Shown here piece after piece: positions 35,219 through 48,478 of a stretch of DNA of 64,000 bases. The notes under the pieces are model-generated. The model worked only from the letters and a program-made list of their open reading frames with translations. It was not told the origin of the DNA and ran no database searches. Positions within the stretch are counted from its first letter, which is position 1, and each line of letters opens with the position of its first letter. The stretch is from Podarcis tiliguerta. Taxonomy: Eukaryota. The position numbers and the translations under genes are program-made. The stretch lies in assembly GCA_965153285.1 (NCBI GenBank), contig OZ229115.1. One strand, written 5' to 3'.

Positions 35219-35765
35219 CTGTAACCATGTAAGATCAGTGTTAATTATACTGCCAAGATAATAAAAGTGGGAGAAGTAATTAGTAAATATCACTGTCATA
35301 TCAATTTGTCTCTTATGAATACAGAACTATTCTTTCTTTAAGATGATTAAAGGCAGCATCTTTAAGTCCTCTTTATATAAAAATGCAACACTGCTAACTG
35401 TAGAATGTAGAAAAGCACATATTGCTATTAAAACAGTTGAGTTTCATTAATTAAAACCTAGTTGGTTTCTATTCTGCACTGAACTTAATTCCAAACAACT
35501 TAATGGCTCACTAAATTGACTAGTAAACCAGCCAGCTTAATTCTGAAAGCATAGCTAACGAGCTATGTGAAACTGTTAAAAGACATAGTATTAACCCACT
35601 AAATATTTCTACTAGGCTCTGAAGAGGCCACTTATTAACAGACAAGTACACAAGACCAAAGTTGTAATCTGATAATATCATAAGTACCATGAGTATAAAG
35701 ACCATGTTCCTGTGATGAACCTAGTAAATTCTAAGCATGTACACAATAGATTTAACCCAACAAAC

Positions 35766-36833
35766 CTGAGCTTGTAGCAGTTTGATCTGCTTATCTTGTT
35801 CAGCAAGAATTTTGTAAACATCTGAAGGTAAGTTCATTATTCCATTATTGGGTCCCAACTTTGATGCATGAGTGTGCACACAAGCCGGATACACTGCATG
35901 TGATTGTGCACTGCCAGGGTCTGAAGAAGAACTCTTTACTGTAGCTGACATGTCATCATTATGGGGGCAAAACTTCCCCACTATTCCATGATGGCCAAGG
36001 TTCATAGGGCTACTTGTGGGACACACTGGGTTGCAGCAAGCATCTATATATTCTGTATTATGATGAAACATTAATTGTGTACTCTCCTGGGAACTACTTG
36101 ACTGGATTTCAGGTGTGTGACCGGGACCCACTGTAGACATCCCTTGCCAAACATTTGTTGGACTGTATTGCATATGGTCACGTAACTGGCAGCTGCAGAC
36201 ACAATGGGGACAGCAAGGTGAGCTCTGAGATGGTATCCGAAGTTCCATGGGTCTTCTCATGTGTGGAGATGACAAAGCACAGCTGTGCCAGGAAGGCTGG
36301 GAAACTAAATGAGATTGTTTAGAGTTAGATCCTGAGGGTCCATTAAAAGGAAGCTCTCCTTTGCTTTGTGTAGGCTCATTATTTGCCAAATGTTGTTCTG
36401 GTGTTCCAAGCTGGTGGGAAGAGGTGTTGGGAGAGAACCCGCTACAAGGAGTTGAAGGAGAAGAAGAGGAAGAAGACCCAGAGCTCTTACTCGCTTGAGA
36501 TCCAATTACACCACAGTTGGACTGCTGTTGTAGTGGAGGTTTCTTTCCATTGGAAGATTTTAAAACTGAATTTCTCTGCTTTATCTGGTTTGGTAACTGC
36601 CTTGGAGAAGGCTCTCGGGCACAGAAACCCAAGCTTTGTTTCCCAGAATCACAGCTCTGAAGTTGGTGGGGTGGATGCCCTATGGAACATGCCATCTTAG
36701 CAGGTTGATGCCCCAATGAAGGTTGGGGTTTTTTATCCATCACCATGACATTTTTGGATGTTGACATAGATTCTGTGGAGATGCCATCAAACACAATAGA
36801 CAGTTCAGGAACCGAAGGCTGGATCTCTGTCAT
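35766..36833 (-). CDS. STIL: STIL large central coding exon 11 (1068 nt)
   Basis: MTEIQPSVPELSIVFDG...YKILAEQDKQIKLLQAQ; phases 0/0. Confidence 0.96.
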
Positions 36834-37689
36834 CTGGAAACGAGGACAATATAAACTTAAAATACGTGTTGATCTATGCATTTCTTATGTTACCAATTTA
36901 ACTGGAATGTTCCTCCCCCACCTGAGAAACTGTTGTAGCAGCTTCCACTACACTATGGAGAAAGAGAAAGCAGACATCACTATGTAAGTCATACCCCATT
37001 GTAAAGGAAACCTACTTCTACCAGGAGACCTTTAATAAGATATTATCCCAAGTCCTGCCAAAATACGAGTCCTTGTGCCATGTTAATAGAACCTCAAATA
37101 ATGATACTATACATGTACTGTAGGCAGATGCACAGGTGAAAGTGTTTCAAATGGAAAGAAAAAGCTATTGCAGAAAAACACTGTTTCTATTTTGTCAAAG
37201 TGCATAGAAGTCTCTCTATAAAAACACTACCAGCACAGTTATTGTCTACATCAAGAGACAGTCATTGGTTCCATCTTTAGCTTAGGAAGCAGAAAAATTG
37301 AAGGCAATCAACATTTGCATTCTTAAGAAGCCTATCTGTACAGCTCAACCATTATTTCTTCTCCCTCCTTCAATGTGCTTTTAGAGGACCTCCCTAGTAA
37401 ATTAAGTCAAACAATGGGGCTATGGGTCAGCTGGTTTATTTGGTCTACATGCTTCCCACAGTAGAATATGAAGTCTCCTTAAGAGGTTTCTTTATAAGGT
37501 TAATCTGAAACATGTACTTGCAGCAATAAAGGGTTAACAGCACCACAGCACAACCTGGTGGTAACAGCATGGAATACAACTATCCCGGCAGCACTGATGC
37601 AGAAGCTGAATGCTTAAGAATTCCTACCAACTACACAAAGGTACTGATATTTTCTCTAAAAACTTGAAGATACTTAATCTTGGAGATAC

Positions 37690-37801
37690 CTGCTGACTCA
37701 CTGGGTGAGGATGGGGAAATGGTCTTGGGGATGCATCCTCTTCCACACCAGAGTCATGATCACTAACAGAAAGTTTACTAGCTGAGGAACCTTGTGATGG
37801 G
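37690..37801 (-). CDS. STIL: STIL coding exon 10
   Basis: [24 protein letters not shown]; phases 2/0. Confidence 0.95.
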
Positions 37802-37918
37802 CTAAAAAAAAAATTAAAATCAAGTTTTGAGTTTTGTATTACATAGAAAATGTTTTGATTGCATAATAGAAAACAAAAATGTCTGATTAAATGCATAAGT
37901 ATTTGAAAAAGGTCTCAC

Positions 37919-38028
37919 CTGCTAAAGGAAACATTCTTTGAAATTTTACTGAAGCACTCCACTTCTGCATTTTTATTTTCTGAACTTAGTTCAAATTGAA
38001 TATGGTATTTATCTGATGGCTCCACGTT
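37919..38028 (-). CDS. STIL: STIL coding exon 9
   Basis: NVEPSDKYHIQFELSSENKNAEVECFSK; phases 0/2. Confidence 0.93.
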
Positions 38029-38882
38029 CTGAAATGAAGTAGATGTAGTCAGTAAGCTCCATTTGACAATTACCACACAACTTATCCTAACCAAAGTCAT
38101 GTAAGAACTCTTCAAATAAACCCTAGTGCTGGTGCTACCTTCTTGCTTCCTGTGAGTTTTTATATTCAGGGGACCCTGGACTGGAGTAAAGATTAATGTT
38201 AAACAGGCAGGTACTTAGTAGAGGTTAAGAGCTAGAGCAGTGGTTTCTAATTGGTGGTCTGTGGACATCTGTGGCACATACCCATCAACTATCCAGGACA
38301 TCCCATTTGGGGACTGTGCTCTTACATGGGTCATGCGACTCACATGGGAGCACAGCCCAGAAGACACGTTTGGTCTTCTGGGACATGTTGGTGCTAGGAC
38401 AACATTTTCAAAAGTAGGGGGTCCATGCCTTGGCTTCTGAAAAACAGGGGCTACACAGTACTTAGCCAATTGACAACCACTGAGGTAGAGGATCATTGGA
38501 TACAGCAAATCCTCAGCTATAGCACCAGATCTAGTGTACACAAGTATTTTGGCACACAGAGAAATGAGCAATAATTCCCAAAGGGAATCTGCCTGCTAGA
38601 ACAAGCTTACCACATTCACAGTCCTGAACAAAAAGCATGGGCAGAGATATTGGAATACTTATTTGCTTCCTAGTCCTATGAAGTTGTTCTCACTCCTGAT
38701 TGTTGCTTTAAAGCCATGACAGTACCTGGCCTTCACCTGACATCACATATGACTTCAGAGATAGGGAATGGTTAGTCAGGAATGGTTTGCTGGGCCAACT
38801 TTGCCCCTGTGATAAACAACCGTTGACAAGCACCCCCTTGTAGCTGCACAGCCAACTTAAGTATGGAAATCAAGCAACTTAC

Positions 38883-39030
38883 TTTAAAGCAACGTAATGT
38901 TTCTTTGCTTGTAAGTAGCTGGAAACCTAGTTTAGTATGTCCACCACAAGGAAGGCATTCATAGAACTCTGGATCTTTATGCGTCAGAGAATAAAGAATT
39001 ACAAGGAAACTTCCTGATTCTGAAAGTACC
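38883..39030 (-). CDS. STIL: STIL coding exon 8
   Basis: [25 protein letters not shown]...[10 protein letters not shown]; phases 2/0. Confidence 0.95.
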
Positions 39031-39781
39031 CTGAAGAAAATAAAATAAAATACACTCATTAAACAGAAACAATAAATAAAAAAAAATCATTTGGCAATGT
39101 GATGTTCTGAATTCAAATGAAATAAATATTTTTTTAAATTGAATTCAAATGGTAAAGCTTAATATAACAAATGCCATCAGATCACCTACAAGAACAGGAA
39201 GCAAAGGGGTAGTTCATATTTCAAATATAATTCAGCAATTGTGCTTTCTTGTTAAACTAAGTCCAGTTCATTTATCTTCAGCAAGTTGCCCAGCTCACTA
39301 TCTGAAAATCATATTGCTCACTTAGTTCTGGGGAGCATGTAATTCTGTTATAGAAGCTATAAGGGCTAGCAGGTACAACAGTTTCCAATTCACAACCCAG
39401 GCTCAATTAATAGTGCTGCTGATCATCTTTGAATGGTTTGAGTCAGGTTATCTTAAATATTATCTCTTCCTACATTAACCTACTTAGATCTGTCTGGGAC
39501 AATCAAGCAATCTCCTGCTCCCTGATTTGTTTAATCTCTCTCACACACACCCTTTCTCTGTGGTTTCTGCCCAAAATGGCTGCCACCAACCAGCAAAGAA
39601 CAAAAAAACCCAAGGATGTAAGGAAGTAAGTTGTTTGGATAAGTGAATCTGTGGGGGATATAGTGAGGTTTGGTCATAACTCTAAGTGTGGATAAATGAT
39701 TTTTTGATAGTGAGCTTGCAGGTGGCGGGACCTGTGTGTACTTATCATTTATTGAGAAAAGTTCATTTTAATTATTATCAC

Positions 39782-39868
39782 CTTTCTTGAATTGAAGAGT
39801 TGAATAAGTAGTGCAGGCTGCAAGTCCAGACTTGTGGGCTGTTGATATGAGAGATTCCACTTAACCAG
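39782..39868 (-). CDS. STIL: STIL coding exon 7 (not in ORF track)
   Basis: [28 protein letters not shown] translated by hand; phases 2/2. Confidence 0.93.
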
Positions 39869-40066
39869 CTAAAGGAAGAAAAAAAATAGGTTTGATGCTA
39901 TAAGCCAGTGCATTCTCATGTAGCATATATATTTTACTCAACTGAGTTATCCAGTTTAAGATTAATATTTCTGCAGTACATATTAAAACATTCTGCTTTT
40001 CTGGTCAATGCCAAGCTAAAAGAAAGAAAAACAGAGGAAAGGTTCATACTTCATCTAAATACTTAC

Positions 40067-40150
40067 ATGCCAATCAGTGGCAAAGTATAAGCTTTGGGAT
40101 CAGATTCAAGAACTAGCAGTAGTTTTCTGGTCTGGTCCATTGTAAGATAG
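40067..40150 (-). CDS. STIL: STIL coding exon 6
   Basis: [27 protein letters not shown]; phases 2/2. Confidence 0.95.
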
Positions 40151-41362
40151 CTGTAAATAAGAAAAAAAATCCAAACTGTTTGAAAACCTATCTCAATCAC
40201 TTGAGTCAACAAAAAGCTAGCCTTAAAAAACCCCCAATAAATTCCTTCTGAGGATTTTTCATTGGTCACAATCAGGCATGTTACTGGTGCAGGGAACTTG
40301 TGATGCTTTTAAAATATTGGTTGTATCCAATGGTGCTCTTGTGCTAGAAAAAGTGCTTCTGCAAAGGAGGGCGTCTGATTTTCACTGACCCATCCTACAC
40401 AATAAAGTCCCCTGTGCCTCCTCCCACCAATCTTCTGTGGGTTTAGAGGACCCTCAGCATAGAGTTGCAATTGATAGAAAGGGGATTGGTGAAAATAGGG
40501 TGTCTTGCGGAAGTGCTTCCACTAGCTTAAAACCATTTTATATCCACAGTGTAATACTAGAACTTAACACACAGGACATCTCTTATAATGATACACAAAA
40601 CTATAGGTGGTATGTTCTCACATGTGTCAAGGAAAACCTGATTTCTAATACCAGAGTGGGCACACAAATTCAACCTTTGACTTATATATCGATTGAAAGA
40701 AATGACTGAACTTGCTTGTATAGCACCAGTTTTAATTTCAAAATCCAATAGAAACTAAGAATCCTCTGTGTAGGCCAATTCTTACACTAGAGCTGTTGAG
40801 AAGTCTTCCGTGTGGTGGAGACACAATGTGTAAAAGCTGCATTTCATATGACTAATTAGTGTATTTTCCCCATTGTGTGGAGTTTCAATACCAGTCGATA
40901 TACTATACTGACCAGCAAACTGTTCACAGGATAACAGGCAATTTACGTGGTAGACAATATTAGTGTGTTACAGACACTGTCTTAAGCTGCATTTTCAGCA
41001 GCTTCCACATGACAATAAATAAATCCATTCATGCTAGGCCAGTAATTTAAAGTGAGATGTAGAAGGTTGCATCAGTTAATAATACGAAAGAGAGACCGTG
41101 TAATATAGCACAGTTTAGCTGTGACTGATGAAAATAGTCTTTAAATAGTGTCAGATCATTATATTCAAAACAAAGAAACTCCCCTAGCCCTAGTCAATTA
41201 TATAAAAAACCTGGAAATCATATTGGATGATTTGAAGGGACTGGAAGCTACTTTCCAAATCTCCTTAGAAATTATGCATTGATATATTTTACTCCAAGAC
41301 CAAATGAAACAATACAGACAACTGAAATTTACCAAAGTGAATAGCAATGAAGCTTAACATAC

Positions 41363-41610
41363 CCACATTTGCAGGTACCCTGAACTTGTGTAATGCTCAT
41401 GTGGCTGCTCAGATTTCTAGCAAGAGCTGTAGGAATTATTGGAACAGAATTCACAGGAGTGTATTTTAAGGCATTGGCAAATGTAACAGCTGCCCAGTGA
41501 AAGTCAAAGTTTAGGTTGTCCATATCTTCTGTGGAATAAATGTGAACTCTTAAAGTCAGCAATTTCGAAGGTTCCAAAGAATCTTGACTGTTCAAATTCT
41601 GTTGCAGTAT
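41363..41610 (-). CDS. STIL: STIL coding exon 5
   Basis: [10 protein letters not shown]...HWAAVTFAN...[13 protein letters not shown]...VQGTCKC; phases 0/2. Confidence 0.96.
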
Positions 41611-42037
41611 CTACAGGGGAAAATTATGTCCGAATTAGTCTCAGACACAAGCATGTTAGCAGGGTTTGTTCAAAGTTTAAGAACTGTAATGGCATTCTTT
41701 TTAGGCTAGGCATCTAAACTTCTGAAAAGAAACTTAGCTGGTCAGAACTGTGATATATGGAGATTATTTTATTTCCCCTCTCCTATAAGAGTGCTCCAGA
41801 GAAAAAGATGTGAGAGAGTGAAAACAGAAATAAACAGAAGGGAATGTTAAAGAAAAACAGTCGCCCTTTCCAAACTTATACTGAATAAAAAAGCTACACC
41901 CAGATACAGCTTTTCATGTCTAAGCATCTACCACTGTCCGGGACAAACTGAGAATAGCCAATGGATATTAACATAGAAAGACAGCAGCTATTCAATAAAC
42001 AACCTTTGTGTTAAAATAAGGGTCCCAAGTTTCTTAC

Positions 42038-42225
42038 CTTAAAAGCCAAGCTGAAATCTTCAGAATTGTGCACTATGACATCACCTGATGAAAATCCCCA
42101 AGCACTAACAGTACATGGAATCAAAAAATCTCCAGGAAGCGATGCTGTTGGTATTTTCCCCAAGCCACCAGTTACTTCACGACCCGGATCAAAACGATCT
42201 ATTGTTAGTGATACACCTTCACCAT
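42038..42225 (-). CDS. STIL: STIL coding exon 4
   Basis: [18 protein letters not shown]...LPGDFLIPC; phases 1/0. Confidence 0.96.
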
Positions 42226-43040
42226 CTGTGCCAGAGAAGTTAGGCAAGTTAGAATACATTCTATGAAGATGGCTCACTGATCCCAAATTTCACCAAGGCT
42301 TAAAACAAGACCGTTTGTTAGACTTATCCAGCACTATGATGCTCACTCACATTTCAAGGTTAACACAAACCCTGCCCAAAGTAATTAGAAAGCTGTAATT
42401 TTGATGAAGTCTTATTTAAGTGATAGTCATCTTTGCATACAGCAGGTTGCTGGTTCAACATTTCCAGTTAAAAGGACATAAGGTAGCAGAACAGAAGATA
42501 TTTTCCTGAGGTTACAAAGTCACTGCCAGTTACAATAGGCTAGTAGACCATTGAGGTAACACTGTAAACAGGTTTGCATGTACTTAAAGTAACACAAACA
42601 TCAAAATGCACAGTTCAGTGAAATAGTCATCAACATGCCATCACTGTACAGTGCAACCTCAGTTGTCAAACGTAATCTCTAGTTGAATCTCAAGCAGCAG
42701 GGTTGGTAAAGTCACCTCAGACCTTGAAGAGCCATTACCTGTCAGGAGACAATATTTAGATAGAACATGTGTAACCAAGAGGGTCCCCCACCCCCAATAT
42801 TGTTGGATTACCAACATTGTGAGTGGCAAGGGGCATTGGAAGTTGTAGTCCAGCAACATCTGGAGAAAGCAATGCTGATTCCACTGGCCTAGAAGGATCA
42901 ATAGCCCAACAATGTAAGGCAGGCTCATGTTTACACCCCTTGGTATCACTCACAAAATAATCATGTTAGAAAGACACACTGCTGTAAGGCTTATTTGTTG
43001 AGTCAAATAGAATGGCAATGGCCTCTAACAAGATACCTAC

Positions 43041-43156
43041 CTTCATCTACTGCAAGATTTCCAATCAGAAAACATGTGAAGGGTTTTCTTCTACTCTGCC
43101 TAGCATGACGATGGGTCAGTCGCAGTGTTTTCTCATGCATTATCAGTTTAGGATTT
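43041..43156 (-). CDS. STIL: STIL coding exon 3 (not in ORF track)
   Basis: NPKLIMHEKTLRLTHRHARQSRRKPFTCFLIGNLAVDE translated by hand; phases 2/1. Confidence 0.93.
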
Positions 43157-44022
43157 CTGAAGAAACACAAATTAAAGGTTTCAGTACTTGAGTTTACTAT
43201 TTCTAAGTATACGAAGACTGATATTTATCTCAAAGAATAATTCACTACTGCCACATAATACAAATGATCCATGTTACCAAAAAAAAAAAAAAAAAAAAAA
43301 AAGGGAAAGCAAGAATTGATGTGGGAAAAATTGGAGAGCACCTTGAAAAAGTTGCTTAGGTTTGAAATTGTTCATTTATGTGTTATTAGTCCAAAAGCAA
43401 CCATGATGCATTGTAATTATTTTTAGTAATTTTCCCAAGCTCAAATTTTGTATTTATTTTGCTACAATGAAAATAGTTGAGTCTATCAGTTCTGAGTTGT
43501 TTATTGATTTAAAAAAACCATTACACTTCACTGAAATTATCTTGCTCCATGTATGGCAGGAAAATCAACTATGTCACTCTTGTGCCACATTACAGAAAGC
43601 ACAAACTACAGTATTAGCTGTGGCTTCTAGGGACACCTTTTTCTCCGCCCTAAATACAATTTGTACTTGCCCAATGTCTTTTCTTGGGGTGCTGTATGAT
43701 TTGTTGTTCCAATGGGTAAAATTGAAGGAAAGCAGTTACTGGCAAAACTTTAATAAAAGTTTCCTTACAGTACAAAATTGTTCAAACATGGAACAGACCG
43801 CATATGGTGGTACTGGGCTTCCCTTTACTGGAAGAATGTAAGCAGCAGGTAGTCATCCATCTGTCAATAATACTGCTGCTGCATCCTGCATTAAACAGGA
43901 CTTGGACTAGATGACCTCCATGGTATTATAACAATTGGATTCAGAGTTGGAGGAAGAGTTATTGATAGATGAGTAAACAGTTCAGGGCAAGAAAAACTCT
44001 TAATCTATATGAGACACCATAC

Positions 44023-44127
44023 CTATAACACAGGTGAGAGACAATGCTTTCTCCAACAGGAGCTGGATTCCAAAGTGCACATTTTGATGCAGGAAAGCTG
44101 AAAGGCACCATTTTCCCCAAAACACCT
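44023..44127 (-). CDS. STIL: STIL coding exon 2
   Basis: [26 protein letters not shown]...; phases 2/2. Confidence 0.94.
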   Translation of the reverse strand, partial: RCFGENGAFQLSCIKMCTLESSSCWRKHCLSPVL

Positions 44128-44211
44128 CTGAAAAGACATACAAATTTACTACTTTTTATTTGGGTACAGTTGGAGATAAGCAGAAGACAAGTTTGCCAAA
44201 TTCTCCCAAAA

Positions 44212-44212
<1 letters not shown>

Positions 44213-44263
<51 letters not shown>

Positions 44264-44368
44264 TTATACCCCACTCATCTGGCTGGACTTCCCCAGCCAC
44301 TCTGGGCAGCTTCCAACAAAATATTAAAACACAGTAATCCATCAAACATTAAAAGTTTCCCTAAACAT
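44213..44368 (-). mobile_element. L2 LINE 3' end with (AAT)n tail
   Basis: Reverse-strand homologue of the 7435-7676 element. Confidence 0.8.
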
Positions 44369-45162
44369 GGTAGGAGTGTGCTCCTTTAAGATGGAAAATG
44401 TAGGTTTTTCATATTCTCTTTAAATATATGTATTGCAAAGCAATGGGTGGTATTCACCTAACTTTTATGCAGAGTAGACCTCCTGAAATGGCTCTAAATT
44501 AGTTATGTGCATTAATTTCAATTGGTTTACTCTGACTTAATTGAATACCACCCATTAACTACTTTTATGGTATTTTTCAAAAGAAGCCATTTCAAACAGA
44601 ACACTTTCAGCTTAATTCAACCCAGTTGTAAGCAGTGCTGAATGTTTCATACACAAACTCAACTTAGAACTCCAGGGCATACTAGGACTGAGCTGAATAG
44701 CCTTTTTAAAGAATCATTCAAGGGCTGAGGAAATCAAATAGGTCCTCAAAAACAGTGCAATGGGAAAAAGCTTTGGACAATTCTGCTCCTTTTTTGTGGG
44801 GTGGAGGGTTGTGTTTGCCTTATTTTACATTACAAGTTACCTGAGGGGAGCTTTATTTTTCTTTAAACACTATGTTTAAGTAGTGCAGCGCTCTCATGCT
44901 ATCTTCCACGCTAGCAACAATTCCTGAGTTGTCCACATGGTCATGTCAGGAAATGCTGCCAGGCTGGGAGCTAACTTGCAGAGAGCTCTGGACTGCTACG
45001 AGTGCATGCAAGGCTTTAAACACATGTGGTACAGTCAATGAATATCAATATGATTATCTCAAGGAAAACAGCCCACACCTCTGGTTTTCCCAAGCAACAG
45101 TGGCAAACTGGTGTAGTAGAGGGGAAAGGAGGAGGGAGTACACCAGCAAGTAATATCAACTA

Positions 45163-45397
45163 CAGTGGTACCTCTGGATGCGAACGGGATCTGTTCCGGA
45201 GCCCCGTTCGCATCCTGAGCAGAATGCAACCCACGTCTGCGCATGTTACGATTCACTGCTTCTGTACATGACATTTTGAGCGTCTGCACATGCATGAGCG
45301 GCGAAACCCAGAAGTAACCCATTCTGTTACTTCCAGGTCACTGGAACACAACCTGAAAACGCTCAACCTGAAGCTACTTTAACGCGAGGTATGACTG
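45163..45397. mobile_element. Tc1/mariner MITE
   Basis: TA-CAGTGGTACCTC...GAGGTATGACTG-TA. Confidence 0.85.
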
Positions 45398-45796
45398 TAT
45401 CAGGAATAAACATGCACCAGATACATATTACTGTTAAACACATAAACAAAGCCAAGCTACTGGAACATATCATGTTGTCCTGGGTTCCTTAGATGGTAGG
45501 GCAGAACCTAACTTTAAAAAATAAAAATAAAATAAATATCAGTGACACATTTAGGACTGAACTGTTATAATTAACAAGCAGTGATACAATTTCTAGCTAT
45601 CCATACTTTTCAACGTCTTCAGGGTACTCTGTTCTATTTGCCTTTATAGTGACTGAGTCAGAATCAGGGCCTCAGGAAATAAACATAAAAACCCCTGAAC
45701 AAATAGGAAACGCTGCTGACGTTGACTTGGATCCCTCATGTGACAGGCTGTAAATCATATTCATATTGAAAGAGATCAAAATTTCTGCAATAATAC

Positions 45797-45831
45797 CTTT
45801 GGTTTTGAGACACAGGTGAAATTAGTTCCAT
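45797..45831 (-). CDS. STIL: STIL first coding exon (coding part MELISPVSQNQ-R; exon 45797-45865)
   Basis: Acceptor ttttctcag|AG at 45865; ATG at 45831; donor AG|gtatta, phase 2 matches next exon; similar to human MEPIYP start. Confidence 0.8.
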
Positions 45832-47609
45832 GAGGCTTTAAGCATCCGTTTGATCACTTCACCCTCTGAGAAAATGCAAGAACAGGAATAAGATAAAAGA
45901 TACAGTTAAGTACTGCGAAGTAATCATGTCTGATACCAGTATTTTAGCATATTCCATTTCTGATATATCAAGGGAAGTTATTTATTGTCTAACTTGCAAC
46001 ATCTAATCTGCAACCTACCAGCAAATAATTGTATCTTGGCTCTCAAGTTTTACTTTTACATTATTCCAGTGCTAGGTCTGGTATGCCCATGTACATAATA
46101 CCCACGTACATAAAAACATAAGAGCCTGCTGAATCAGGCCAATGGGCCATCTAGTTCAACATCCTGTTCTCACAGTGGATGAACAGTACACCTCTATCAT
46201 GGTTATCACAATTTTGTGGAAGGGCTATTATTGACCATGGAACTTTTAAATAACAAGTAGTCAATGTGGTGCCCTCCAGGTGTTCTTGAATTACAACTCC
46301 CATCATTCCTGATGACTAGTACTAGTCATTCTGGCTGGGGCTGATGGAAGTTGTAGTCCAACAGAATCTTGAGGGCACATTGGCTAACACCATTTTAAAG
46401 GCACAAATTCAATAACCGTCTCATTCCCCAGCATAAGTTATTGCTACTGTGTTCTACTTTTTCTTCCAACTGCTCAAAATCACAGTTAAGGTGACTAACA
46501 GTCATAATTTTAAATTTATGAAACAAAAACTTTTGTTTAAAGCAAACAAGAGTTTGCTTTCAGAATAGAAAATCAGCGGTGAATGATTCTATACTCCCCA
46601 AGAGTTGGTAGTCAAAACTCCATCCATCTGACCTGCTCATTTCTACCTGCCCAAGATTTCTACTTTTAAAGATCACCATCACTTTTTATTGTGCTTCAGT
46701 GGTCTTTGGGGGCTTTGTCTATTTTGCCCAGTGAAAGAAGCACTGCACTCAAGAAAGCAAACAGCAATGCTAGTTCAAACCACTGCTCTCAGATTTCCCT
46801 CCCACCAGGTCTCCAGAACCATCCCCCACAGGTCAAATACTAGTTGGCAATCATCAGCTTAACGTGGTGAATTACCGGTATTGAAATCCTATTAAATTCA
46901 TAGGTAGCCAGCAACCAAAAGATGGCCTGAAGTGGCATTTTTTTTTTGAGACAATTCATAATCAAAAGTGATCAGTATTAGAGGAATATTAATTTATGAG
47001 CATTTTATATAACTGGGTGGTAGGCAACATCACCCTAATTTCAAATATTAACTGCCTCAATTTTTATGACTGCCCCCTCCCAAACCCATTTGATTCAAGG
47101 TTTGGGTAGTTTGCCTACCCATGTGCTAGTCCTTCTGGTGTTGTGCACTGCTACAACTGCCAGTATTCTTGGCATATACTTTTATTCTTATTTTTGTATA
47201 CTATTGTGCTATTTCATAACGGTGAGCCGTTTATACCTAATGATGATGATGATGATGGGGGGGGGACCTTAATAGTAGATAAAACAGCTGCGGCTCTGGA
47301 TTTTTCCCAAGGCGATACACTGAAAAACACGGATCTGAGCCATGTTTTCCCCAACCCAACCTCCGCGTCCCAGCCCCTACTGAACCTCACGGCCAGGCAG
47401 AGGGCAGGTGGGGAGACGAGGGGACTTCACCTATTGAACGTCCACGAGGCCCACAAGCTGTGACAGAAAGAGACAGAAACGCTAATTTGCTCGTGGACAC
47501 AGCTAGTTATGAGGGAAGCGCACAGGGAACCGAAGGGGCGGAAAGGAAACGGCGGGCGACGCAGGCAGAGAAAAGCCACCCAGCTCAGGCGCAGCGGTTC
47601 CCCACCTAC

Positions 47610-47700
47610 CTCACGACTCCTCGCCAGAGCCCCCTTTTCCACGCGCCGCCAACGCACTCTCGGCGCTCGAGAGCCTGGCGCGGCGACCAAGATGTAACCG
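47610..47700 (-). other. STIL: Candidate STIL non-coding exon 1
   Basis: Donor GAG|gtaggt at 47610/47609 inside a CpG island, immediately downstream of CCAAT boxes; 5' end approximate. Confidence 0.6.
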
Positions 47701-48299
47701 AATTCCTACCTCCTCCCTGTTGTGGCGGCTCCGATGGCGGCACGGGCGGCCAATCAGCGATCCCTCTCCCGCGAGGTCCACCCAGCCAATCGTGGCTCTC
47801 GACCCCTTCTATTAATCGCTGACATCGCGTCAATCAAAACCGTCGCACCCGCCCAGCAGGTCTCCGTAACCAATCCAAAAGCCCTAAATGAGACTAAGGC
47901 CCGTTGCGCGCGCGCGGACTTCTTGTGGGAGGGATATTTAAAAAAACATGGCTTTGTTTTAAACGGTCGCAGCAAGGGAGCTATTGCGCAAGCGCAGAGT
48001 CGGAAAGTGGAAAGAGGAAGGGGCGTGATTCCTTTTGTTACCTTAGTGATAACAGATACCTAGGCTTCGAGCGATGCTTCAGAAACTGTTTGGGTAAACA
48101 TAGTTGTGGGAAGGTCTATTCAAGTCATGCTTACATATAATCTTGTATACGTTTTCTTGAAAGTAAATGCCGCTATATTTCAGGGGATTCGCCCCAGTAA
48201 GTACCTCCGAGGGTCGTTGGTAGGACTACTCGGCATGTCTTATTCAGAGCGAAGTCCATTTTCAGTGGGTAAGCGAATACAGGATGGAAGCCTAAATAC

Positions 48300-48478
48300 A
48301 TCGCAGCAAAACCGTTATTTTGGCGCCTTAAAGACGAACAGGTTTAAGTGGCATCATCTGCAGACTGGTCCACTTTCAGCTGATTTATGTCATCCCCGGT
48401 TGCAAGATGCTTCCTCTACTACACTCTCACCTGCCAACTAGAATGCATCTGAGGAAGTGGACTCTTGTCCACTAAAAC
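48300..48478 (+). mobile_element. Penelope-like relic with decayed hammerhead core
   Basis: TGGCGCCTTAAAGAC; TGCATCTGAGGAAGTGGACTCTTGTCCACTAAA. Confidence 0.6.

Larger units (their letters stand above)
29490..47700 (-). other. STIL: STIL gene span (SCL/TAL1-interrupting locus centriolar assembly protein); 16 coding exons, 3954 nt, 1317 aa
   Basis: All exons joined in phase with GT-AG; DSG degron, CPAP-binding PRPxPxP, PLK4-binding coiled coil, STAN domain, KEN box and C-terminal RQLPKLF present; AATAAA candidates at 29832, 29671 and 29505 (minus strand). Confidence 0.95.

Noticed and set aside
43959-44345. Poly-Tyr ORF (and poly-Asn/poly-Leu ORFs at 20560-21015)
   Set aside because: Translations of (TTA/AAT)n repeats; only 44023-44127 is a real STIL exon
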